Assembly (NCBI GenBank): GCA_002633005.1
Contig: NMRA01000057.1
Coordinates: forward strand, 1,080,005 to 1,144,004
Reading direction: 5' to 3'
Source: Phoronis australis
Taxonomy: Eukaryota > Animalia > Phoronida
DNA length: 64,000 nucleotides
Notes under the pieces: generated by a model
The model's input: the letters and a program-made list of their open reading frames with translations, nothing else
Databases searched by the model: none
Told to the model about the DNA's origin: nothing
Position numbers and translations under genes: made by a program
In this document: positions 42,885-53,200 of the stretch, in pieces
How the letters are laid out: each line of letters starts with the position of its first letter
Position numbering within the stretch: the stretch's first letter is position 1

Positions 42885-43034
42885 CAGTGGCGGATTTAGA
42901 GGGTGGCCAAAGCCCCCCCAAAATTCTCCCAGATTCCATTGGGCAGTTCGGAGGTGCGAATGTCTGACGGGCAAAATCCTGGCTATGAATATGCTGCCCT
43001 GCCCCCCCAACTCAAAATCCTGGATCCGCCCGTG
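42885..43034 (-). mobile_element. MITE with 5-bp TSD (hAT5-like), inverted copy
   Basis: CAGTGGCGGATTTAG...CTGGATCCGCCCGTG, flanked by GTTTG on both sides. Reverse complement of the 29.5 and 31.9 kb copies. Confidence 0.85.
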
Positions 43035-43266
43035 GTTTGTGTAATATAGCTTAGTCAAATCAATGAGAAATCGAATGGCAAGTGACTCCTTTACATAAAC
43101 ATTTTTCTTCGACAAAGCGATTTCACTGTGCATATCCAGCGTTGAATTATTGTGCACCCGGCGAGTCCAGAGTTACCAAATTGCGCCATAAGCGCACAGG
43201 GTAACTTCCTAGGTCACCGTAAGAGGACACTATGTGACGGGCATTCATTGCGTTGCGTGGTCGACT

Positions 43267-43310
43267 TCACACCAGCCTACTAAAAGCAGTTACTCACAAT
43301 AGGATATATA
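43267..43310 (+). promoter_or_regulatory. Pol III type-3 promoter of U6 (PSE-like element + TATA)
   Basis: TATATA at 43305-43310 (-29 to -24 from G43334). TCACACCAGCCTACTAAAAGCAG at about -67 to -45 resembles a PSE. Confidence 0.65.
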
Positions 43311-43333
43311 CGAAGGTCAGATAATAAATGTTT

Positions 43334-43350
43334 GTACAGCTACGTGCTGT

Positions 43351-43390
<40 letters not shown>

Positions 43391-43442
43391 GGCCCCTGGC
43401 GCAAGGATGACACGCAAATTCGTGAAGCGTTCCAAATTTTTT
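43334..43442 (+). ncRNA. RNU6: U6 spliceosomal snRNA gene
   Basis: ACATATACTAAAATTGGAACGATACAGAGAAGATTAGCATGGCCCCT(G)GCGCAAGGATGACACGCAAATTCGTGAAGCGTTCC, with ACAGAGA box, AGC triad, 5' hairpin GTACAGC/GCTGTAC and a T6 terminator. Confidence 0.97.
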
Positions 43443-44361
43443 ACTGTTATTGCCATGATGTTATTAGTTTTCTGTTAATCCTACATTTTCAATGAGTTTG
43501 TGAGACTGTTACCAAGTTTGCATTCATTTTTGACAACACGCAGTCAATAGTGTAGCATTGGCAAAATTCATAGTGTAGAGGAAGAATCGTCGCGTGGCAG
43601 AATATTTCATATTTTTTTCTTTTACTTTCTGCCTTTAACGTTAGGAGAATTGCCACGACTTCTGTTTTGATATGCCGAGGAATAAAGTTACTCCAAACGA
43701 ATACTAAGACAAACATTCTTATCTGTATTTACTGACCTCGTGTAATACAGTGGTTTCGAATACTCTCGTCAATTGGTATAGGTTTTAGAGGACTTTTTCA
43801 AAAAATGATGTTTAAAGAGTATCATTCAGCAAATCTTCCACACTATTTTTCCCGTCTCGCAGACACATTTCTGGGCTCGCGCACAGAGCAACCCTGCCCC
43901 GGCACATACTCCCTGCTAGTTGACAAGAGCTATTTCCGAGATACGCTCGCGCGATATTCTCTTCTCTCGGGCGACTTTACATATTAAGGTTATTTCAAAC
44001 CTTATTTAGTGGCCTCTATTCTAACTCGTATATCAAAAAAACTAAGCTTTGTCAACTAGTAAAAGTACATATTTTCTGAAAGGGCAAAGACCAGGAAATA
44101 TAAATATACTTTTTGTACTTATTGGTCATTATTATTTTTACATGTAGATATAAAATTTCTAAGCACAAATCATCCCTCAAAAGTTTTATTTCCTCCAATA
44201 TTTAATTGTTCGTTTTAACCATAATTATTTAACGACTGCTATGAAGGTATCAGATATCATATACTTGCGATTTTGATTACAGTAGGCCATAGGCACATCT
44301 GTCCACCGTATTCGAAGCTGTGCCAATATAAAAAGTAAGCAAACCATTTCAGTAAAAGGAG
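43406..44361 (+). repeat. U6 3' half plus downstream flank, duplicated at 57883-58693
   Basis: Collinear high similarity. The second copy lacks approximately 43988-44145. Confidence 0.92.
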
Positions 44362-45354
44362 CGGGGGGTTTGGTCGCAGTGGACTGGCTAAAAAAAAGGT
44401 TGGCTAAATTCACGCTCATTTCGGCACACGCACATGGGTACTTTTCCCGATTACTTGCCTGTGAAACAGTTTCTAAATTACAGTTTGTAGCGCATTGATC
44501 ACCACTTTTCAGAATAACCTAAGGTGTTTAGTTGAGGGGCAAAGCACTCAGTAAAAAGATCCATTTAAACAATAAAAAAGGTCCTTGCTGAACTTAAGTT
44601 ATGTTATTACATGCCTAATATACACCTCATTTCTTAACAGAAAAACATATATGAAAAAAGTCTTTATGAATCTGCACTAGACAATGTTTTACACCAGTCG
44701 ATATATTCTAAACTATTAATGAAAGTTTTGAATAACTATTCATTGCAAGTGTTTGTGAACAGGTACCACCGTACTGTCAGCGAAAAAACCTTGAGTACCG
44801 TCAGCTCAACATGCTACGAAGTCAGTGCAGTCACCAAGTCCGCGCAAAAAACAACACGCTACGCAACTTAATTGCAGTGTCAATTCCACGGTCCCTTGAA
44901 TAAGACATTGTTTTTCTTTAGAATAACATGGCAAAAACAGATGTTTCCTTCTTTCAGAAACTACTTTTGTTCATGACAGCTCAGAATATGTCGCGGCAAT
45001 TTTCAATTTTGACACACGCATGATCGTTGTAGTTATCAATCCTGCCGACTGCAGGTGTTGCAGTTTTATAATGGCGGTCACTCGAGATCGGCTGCCGCAA
45101 ATGAACACCTCATAAAAACGGTGAATGCGTGAATAAAAAGAGCCTAATCGGTACAAGTAATACATTTTTGGAGGATTCAGAAAATATTAATATCAAGAAT
45201 GTACGTTAATGGAGTCAGATTGTAAACAATAAACCGGATCAGAGTATTTAGGCAAAAACTGTTGTTCTCTTTTTTCCATTTTCCTTGGACCCACGCCGGT
45301 GTCGTGTCCAATAATGCATCTTTTCCAATGATGAATACAGAGGTGGTTTGCGTG

Positions 45355-45500
45355 GTCTGCGCATGCGCCAGTTTTTCGGCTTCCGGTTTTTGCTCAATAG
45401 TGCATCCAAGCATAGATTATAGACAACAGATTCGCAACTCCGGCATATTCTTACGAGCTGAGTTGACCTCTAATGACCTATCTGCTGCAGTTTCCGGTCA
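45355..45500. promoter_or_regulatory. Housekeeping-type Pol II promoter candidate
   Basis: NRF1-like TGCGCATGCGC (45358-45368), ETS-like CTTCCGGT and TTTCCGGT, and a GTGAGT donor downstream near 45628. Confidence 0.4.
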
Positions 45501-45809
45501 GTTTTAATTTGACGAGAAATACCTGCATCTACTTTACTGTCCAAAACAGCGAAAAAAACATTAATTTATATTATTTTCGGTATTGAAACGCTTTTAAAAG
45601 TCTTTCAATAGTAGAAGTGTTGGTATTGTGAGTACTTTTGGCAATGCTACTGGTAATTAATTTCAAAATTCAAACTTCGGTTCCGACCCTTTATGTCGTC
45701 TGCTTGCCCAATAGCAGCATAGTTATCGGACAGTTTTTGATTTACGGTTCACATAGGCCGCCTACTGAGAAAACTACGAAAGCGTGTTGATAAATCAACA
45801 TTCTCAAGT

Positions 45810-45898
45810 GAGCAGTTCTTCTGGGAAGTGTTGAGTGGCCCTTAAAAGGGCCGTTGGTTGTAGGTATAGCGTGAAATGGTTCTTAAAAGAACCGTTGA
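45810..45898 (-). promoter_or_regulatory. Two tandem histone-mRNA-type 3' stem-loops plus HDE-like element
   Basis: Minus strand reads CAAC-GGTTCTTTTAAGAACC (45878-45893) and CCAAC-GGCCCTTTTAAGGGCC-ACTCA (45837-45852), followed about 14 nt later by CAGAAGAACTG. Confidence 0.85.
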
Positions 45899-45924
45899 AT
45901 AATTCAACATAAATCACACAGTAT

Positions 45925-46730
45925 NNNNNNNNNNNNNNNNNNNNNNNNNNNNNNNNNNNNNNNNNNNNNNNNNNNNNNNNNNNNNNNNNNNNNNNNNNNN
46001 NNNNNNNNNNNNNNNNNNNNNNNNNNNNNNNNNNNNNNNNNNNNNNNNNNNNNNNNNNNNNNNNNNNNNNNNNNNNNNNNNNNNNNNNNNNNNNNNNNNN
46101 NNNNNNNNNNNNNNNNNNNNNNNNNNNNNNNNNNNNNNNNNNNNNNNNNNNNNNNNNNNNNNNNNNNNNNNNNNNNNNNNNNNNNNNNNNNNNNNNNNNN
46201 NNNNNNNNNNNNNNNNNNNNNNNNNNNNNNNNNNNNNNNNNNNNNNNNNNNNNNNNNNNNNNNNNNNNNNNNNNNNNNNNNNNNNNNNNNNNNNNNNNNN
46301 NNNNNNNNNNNNNNNNNNNNNNNNNNNNNNNNNNNNNNNNNNNNNNNNNNNNNNNNNNNNNNNNNNNNNNNNNNNNNNNNNNNNNNNNNNNNNNNNNNNN
46401 NNNNNNNNNNNNNNNNNNNNNNNNNNNNNNNNNNNNNNNNNNNNNNNNNNNNNNNNNNNNNNNNNNNNNNNNNNNNNNNNNNNNNNNNNNNNNNNNNNNN
46501 NNNNNNNNNNNNNNNNNNNNNNNNNNNNNNNNNNNNNNNNNNNNNNNNNNNNNNNNNNNNNNNNNNNNNNNNNNNNNNNNNNNNNNNNNNNNNNNNNNNN
46601 NNNNNNNNNNNNNNNNNNNNNNNNNNNNNNNNNNNNNNNNNNNNNNNNNNNNNNNNNNNNNNNNNNNNNNNNNNNNNNNNNNNNNNNNNNNNNNNNNNNN
46701 NNNNNNNNNNNNNNNNNNNNNNNNNNNNNN
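45925..46730. other. Assembly gap (Ns)
   Basis: Run of N. Confidence 1.
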
Positions 46731-46908
46731 AATGGAATTCCTCATCATGACGGCGCAAGCGGAATTCTCTGTCGGCGTAGCTGTAATGATGAGTTTTGAT
46801 GATTCGTTTGTCGTGACTGGTCTATACCACTCATGGTGGAGTAACTAGGGTTCAGTGTAGTGCTCTGTATGTAGACAGAGGTCATGAGCCTTGCTGATTC
46901 TTTTTCAG

Positions 46909-49283
46909 TCAGCTGTAAGCAGTCAGGCATCTGAAAAGGTAGAAAATTGTGCCGGGGCGGTGGAGCAAAGCACTGATGAGTGGTGAGATATTTCAAACTA
47001 AGAGCAGACGTTAGAATTTACGAGTGTTAGATTGTTTGCATTCTGAGCTGTGGTATCAAGCATTTTTGCATTTTGTATGGCTTTGTCTTTGTTTGCTTTC
47101 TCTGTGAGCTTGGGCTCAGCATTTGAGTATGGTAAAAACCATTGTCTGATGTCAGCTCAACATTTGAGTGTGGTGAAATCATGTGCTACTATTGTTTTAG
47201 CTCTAGTCAAAACACGGAGTCCTGTTTACCGTCTGGTTGTGCTAAAAAGAGGAAGTTAAAGGAAGATGACATTTTGGGTGACAAGTCGACGAAAGCTCCG
47301 CGCAAATCAGAGCAGACAGGGAGCAGTGTTCAGGTTTGCAATTTTTTCTGTTAGCATTGACGTGTATCATTTATAAGTCGAGAAAAAGTTGCATTGGGGA
47401 AAACTGAAATTGGATGCTGAGCAACACAAGAACAGAGTTTTTAAATTAAAGTACTACATGGACTGTTTCATAATAAAGAAGCCTTTTATATGCGTTTATC
47501 TTGTGTGATAACTCGACATGTCTGTTGAGGTTAATGGCTGCATCAGCTATTATGAAAGTGTTCTGATGTTCTTAATGTTGTTACAAGTCCATATTCTGTC
47601 AAAAGAACGTACTTTTAATTTGGACCACTTGCCACTTCTTGGTAGAATTTTGTTGTCTTTTTTCAGCCAAGTGTTTTGAGATTAAGAAGTCTTCGAAAGG
47701 CAAAACCTGACCTGGAGGATGGCGAGATACTTATTAACAAAAAGTACGTAGAATATGTAAACTGAGACTAATTAGTTCCACGATTCAATGTTCTGATAGA
47801 TTTCCATTTGCAGAAGATGATTAGAACTTGATGTGTGCTTTAAAGGCACATTATCGAAAAGAAACGTGGTTCTCTGATATCAGCTTCAGTGTGGAATCAA
47901 ATGTGGAGCCCTCACAGTTGCGATCTAACGTTCTGTTGGCAGAGCTAAGTCCTGCCAGATAACTGGCCGAGTACTTTAAGCGTATGTAACTAGTAAAGTT
48001 ACCGACATTCATTTCAGAAAATGTCTGGCTAGAATTGATGACTTGTAATGGAATCGCAAAAATTCAACGGATTTAATCTATCCCCTCCAACAGTAATCTC
48101 AAAAATCCTTTTTTGGCTATAAAACAATATTTTCCCTTTAAAATGTAATGGCATATGTTAATTATTCATCTTGATTGAAATTTTAATACTTAATTACTTA
48201 TGTCTTTTTCAGGCGTCGCAAGTGCTGTGTGAGTATAAATTTGAGGCTTAAGACTGATAGAGTATTATATTATTATACGTCAATTTCACCAATTCATTTA
48301 ACGTACGGGTCGTACGTGCATTCAGTTTGTGTTCGGTCATCTTTCACTTCTTTTGCACAAAAACAGTTCTCAAAATTGGCGGTTTGTTTTCCCGATAACG
48401 ATTTTTCAAAGACTGATCACATTCCTACAAACAATGGGAAATTTACCAAATGTTGTTTTATAACATCTGCTAAAATTAGACTTAAACTAAATCATTATTT
48501 TGTATAAGAAAATAAATATCTCTTATTCGCCTTATTGTGGTCTAAATAGATGAGGGCTGTTCCAGCAAAATCGTGTGGGAGGGGGGGAAGGCAACTGAAA
48601 TAAAAATTTATGGGTGGTTGCGTTTGATTTAAATTCAAAATGGCTGGTGGTCGTACTTCAAAAAAATAAAAATTTACAGGTCGTTGTTTCATTGGGCCAT
48701 AAATGTTTGATGGTGGGTAATTTTAGTAAATTTTATAAACAATCTGCACAGAATCAAAAACTGAAACAGAAATGGAACTTGCAAAAAGCTCCGACTTTTT
48801 CACTCCCTCCGATCTCCTCATCCGCATGCCCATAACTCCATTTAACCACAGGTGCTCGAATTTCTCGATGGCTAATAACTGTATATAAGAAACGTATGTT
48901 TCTTAGTAATGAATGACGTTAGTGGTGACGGAGGAACACATAAACTCAAGCACCTGTGCAGTCAACCACAAGAACAAAAAAAAATTACGGGTGGTTGCAT
49001 TTCAAACTTATAAAAAATTACGGGTGGTAGGCTGAAGAAATAAAAGAAAAATATGGGTGGTGGGTGCGAAAAAAAGGTGCCTTCCCCCCCCTCCCATACA
49101 GATTTTACTGGAACAGCCCTTATCTAAAAATTATAGTTCAGCTTCAGTTTAAACAATTTCTGTACATAAGTAAAAAATAACGGCATTTGTCTTATATGTT
49201 AATGAATTAATATATTTACACATTGATTAATACTGTTTTGTTGTCTTTCCTTGCAGTCCTGGCATCACAGAAAGATAAGCTGA
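46909..49283 (+). CDS. Candidate small spliced gene, unknown basic nuclear-type protein (exons 46909-46982, 47201-47333, 47667-47743, 48213-48228, 49257-49283; 5' part missing)
   Basis: Five exons with polypyrimidine/AG acceptors and four GT donors, phases matching, give an open frame SAVSSQASEKVENCAGAVEQSTDEC-SSQNTESCLPSGCAKKRKLKEDDILGDKSTKAPRKSEQTGSSVQ-PSVLRLRSLRKAKPDLEDGEILINKK-RRKCC-SWHHRKIS*. Confidence 0.5.
48554..49119. mobile_element. PIF/Harbinger-like MITE
   Basis: TIR GGGCTGTTCCAGCAAAATC / GATTTTACTGGAACAGCCC (1 mismatch), flanked by TGA and TTA. Internal repeats AAATTACGGGTGGT. Confidence 0.8.
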
Positions 49284-49336
49284 GTTGCAGACTTTGTGAG
49301 CGACAACAAGAACAATGTGCATTGTCAGTCATGTCA

Positions 49337-50211
49337 GGCCTGAGTTATGCTAGTATTTTGGCTCTCGTAGTCGGCCAAGTTTAAAGACAATTGTTTTTAG
49401 TCTTCTAGGCTTTCATTAGACACTATAAATATGTTGTGTGCCAAATTTCATAGTTGTGCTCTTGATATTGTAGATTTTGGAAGCGATTTTGATTTGAGAA
49501 TGCCTTATGGGCGAGAACTTCATATTTGGCCTGAGTCATGCTAGCTTTTTGGCTCTCTTAGTCAGCCAAGTTTAAAGACAATTGTTGTTGTCTGGTAGAT
49601 TTTCATTAGACACTATAAATATGTTGTGTGCCAAATTTCATGATTGTCCTCTTGATATTGTGGATTTTGGAAGCGATTTTGCTTTGACTTTGCATAAAAA
49701 TGAGCAAGAATTTCATGTGTAGCCTGAGTTACACTAGCTTTTTGGCTCTCATACTCAGCCAATTTGAAAGACAATTGTTTTTGTCTTCTAGATTTTCATT
49801 AGACACTATAAATATGTTGTGTGCCAAATTTCATGATTGTGCTCGTGATATTGTAGATTTTGGAAACGATTTTGATTTGACTTTGCATAAGAATGAGCTA
49901 AGAATTTCATGTGTGGCCTGAGTTATGCTAGCGTTTTGGCTCTCATAGTCAGCCAAGTTTAAAGACAATTGTTGTTGTCTTCTAGATTTTCATTAGACAC
50001 TATAAATATGTTGTGTGCCAAATTTCGTAGTTGTGCTCTTGATTTTGTAGATTTCGGAAGCGATTTTGCTTTGACTTTGCATAAGAATGAGCAAGAATTT
50101 CATGTTTGGCCTGAGTTATGCTAGCTTTTTGGCTCTCATAGTCAGCCAAGTTTAAAGACAATTGTTGTCTTCTAAATTTTCATTAGACACTATAAATATG
50201 TTGTGTAGCAA
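49337..50211 (+). repeat. Tandem repeat, unit about 193 bp, about 4.5 copies
   Basis: GGCCTGAGTTATGCTAG-like unit starts at 49337, 49528, 49721, 49915 and 50108. Confidence 0.95.
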
Positions 50212-53200
50212 ACTCGGCTTCAACACTCCTATTTTGAAAACTCTGTTATTCCACCAGTACATGACAGTTTTCTGAATCACTTCATAGAGCTGCAATAGTG
50301 TTATCTCTACGATTCGATCATTTCGAGTAACCGGGCCTCGAATTCTGAGATAGGAGTCCAGGGACTGTCGCCATCTGGATGCCACAGACTTGCACCACGG
50401 AAAAGCACATTCATCTTTTCAAACAATGTCTCAAGAAGCGCTCTGGTATCAACCTGTGTTGCTGATTACATTCTGTCTCCAACCTTACGACACCTTGCAT
50501 CACAGTCTGTAGCCAGCAGGATGCGAAACTGTGGACTGCTTCAGGGTTACTGATAATTTTTGCCAGGAAGCAATAATGGGATTGCTGGATATTGCCTCAT
50601 TGACGGCATACCAGCCCTTAACCTTTTACAAGCTCAACAACAATTCTCTGAATTTCATTCCAACTAAACCCGGAATTCCACACGGATCAACTATATTCTG
50701 AAGAGATAATGCACACGCACCACTGGAGCAGGAAACACAAGGCCTGTAGTAGGCGATTGACTTAGGTGTCCTGGTGCAAGGAGTGGCTGTCTGCTGGCTC
50801 ACAGAGGGCGGCGACACCGGTATTGTTGACGGCAGCCCAAAGTCATGAACCACAGGAGCAGGAAAAACAAGCCCTGGCTTGGGCAGCAGCTTCTTTGCAG
50901 GTGGCGTTGAAAACTTGGCAGCAATTTCAGGTTTTGGTGGCAAATCCTGTTCCAATACACGCTTTTCTAAAGCCTTTTGTCTGTTATTCCACCAGTATAT
51001 TACCGTTTTTTGGTTCACCTCGTACAGTTGAATGTTTGTTTCATCCATAATTCTGTCATGTCGTGTGACGAAACCACAGATCCTGTGGTAGCAGTCCAAC
51101 ATCTGCCTCCATCTGAATGTCCCAGGTGTACCTGATGGAAAGAAACGTTCCAGCCATTCGAACAATGCCTCAACAAGAGGGCTGGCATCCAAGTGTGTTG
51201 TTGGACCACCACAGGAACCAATAGTGGCTTTTCTCAAGCTCACCACACCTGACGCCACCGTCTGGCTTCGTTTGGAGGCAAAGCGTCCTGTGTGCTTCTG
51301 GTTTTGCCTGAACCGACGAGGGTACATAACTCTTGACTCCTTCACGGACATGGGCAATTTCTGCCAGGCAGCAATGATGCGGGTGGCCATTGCTTCAGTG
51401 ATGGCTTGACAGTTTCTAGCTTTAAAAATCTCATCCGCAAGACCCTGAATTTCGGCCCAACCCATGATTCCACGTGGACCGACGGCCTTCTGAAAGAATA
51501 TTAGCGCACAGTTGAGACACTAGTTTAGTGCAAAACATGACAGTCAATACAAAACGGTAAAGATTATTACTTACATCTGCAATGACTGTGTCTGTGAAGA
51601 TAGTGGTATCTGTATCCTGTTCAATAAACCCCTCGTCTTCCTCACCCTCCACCTCCACCTGGTCAAGGTTGTCAGGCACCTAAATCCATGGAAAAACGTA
51701 AATACATAATTCTGTCCAAGTATTTGATAATGACGTAGTTTTTATACTAAATTTTCATTTATTTTGAGCTATATTACCTCTGGGTCAATGGTGGGCTGGA
51801 GCCAAACCTTTCCAGTCTGTGAGTTCAGGTACTCTATACCCAGCAGCTCTCCTGTGTATTGGGCAGGTTCCTGGCGTCCTGTGTGGCTTGTCCTGTACAA
51901 CACTTTGTGTAGCCTGTCAACTTCATGACAAAGGGCATTGTCAAAGGTCCTCATATGACCTTTTTCCACAGAAGCTGCCTCAGCCCTGAGGTCGTTCCAT
52001 CGACCGATACCCTCCAGCAGATATGCCTGGAAATTGGCGTCACTGGCTTTGGTACCTGTAATACAGTCACAAAGTATTTTCACATAATAGTAAGCACAAA
52101 ACTAGGATAGGGTAGCTACCGATATCTCCCTAGTGTGTCAATATTTACAGCAATGATATTTCACCAAAGGTATTCTGAGTTTACACAGTATTTATCACAA
52201 TGGTCTTCTCAAACCTGACTTACCAGGCACAAACCTGTTGATATGCAGGTGAAAACTCTCTAAGGAGGTTGAACCTCTAGCACACCTGTAAACAACCAGC
52301 TCTACACCTCCTATCGTCTTGGTGCCGATCTGTGTGTATAATTGCACTCTCTCTGGGTCTTGGATGCAGGGCAGATGGTGTTGCTGCTCTTTCAAGATTA
52401 CTTGTGTCAGCTCCTTGTCCACAAGGACCACACCCATGGTGTCACGTCCTCTGTCTCCACTGAATGTTTCCAGCAGCTCAGTGATGAGTTCCATGGTAGC
52501 CTCCACACCACGAGTCCTTCGCTGGCAATGAAGTTGCAGCTCCATTTTTGTGATACTTCGAGCCACTAAGGAGTCATTGACCTCCCAAATGCCTTCAGCG
52601 GTCAACTTGGCCGATTTTGCCTGTCGCAACCTCTCCAAGTCTTCAGGATCCCACTCATAGATGGCAGCAGAGACATAAACGTGGGGTAAAGGGAGTGAGT
52701 CTCGGAGCACACAGACCCGGACAGTCTCCTAATGCAGTGCCTTTTGTCAAGCCGCCAATCACCAAACAATTCATTTATACGCTGCGAGCAGCAATCCCGA
52801 TCCACGTATAAAACACTAGAGGCCGTCACATTCGCATCACTATATCGCTTCATGAGACTATCGACCATGTCGCGCGGACCTTCTCCTTCGGACTCCGTTA
52901 CCACAGAAACGAGTACTTGTCCAAACTCGTTTCCAACATTGGTTACCCACATGGCAGTGTCAGCAGCCCGGCCAGCAAGTTTCTTGGTCAACTGAAATAA
53001 ACGAGCCATTTTGGTACCTAACACAATACAAAAGCAAACCTTACTTAACACAACCTACAACCTTACACTACAATTCTTATTTTCTTTTTCTTTTTATTGA
53101 TGATAAGCAATGTAACACCTTCAAAGATTTGCCCATAGTTGTTCATAATCTTCAACAGCGCGGGGGAATCACAAACAGTAATGCCTCAAGCAATGGAAGT

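Noticed and set aside
45804-46758. Two long ORFs (314 and 284 aa) in the track
   Set aside because: Artefacts of translating the N gap.
46752-46758. GGCGCAA just after the gap as the missing left Dada TSD
   Set aside because: Not preceded by the U6 5' half. A 7-mer match is expected by chance.
46970-47048. C/D box snoRNA candidate (TGATGA...CTGA)
   Set aside because: No recognisable rRNA or snRNA complement, and it overlaps a predicted exon end.
47388-47521. Intronic H/ACA snoRNA candidate (hairpin, ACAAGA, hairpin, ACA)
   Set aside because: First hairpin too short, second poorly paired, and no recognisable guide.
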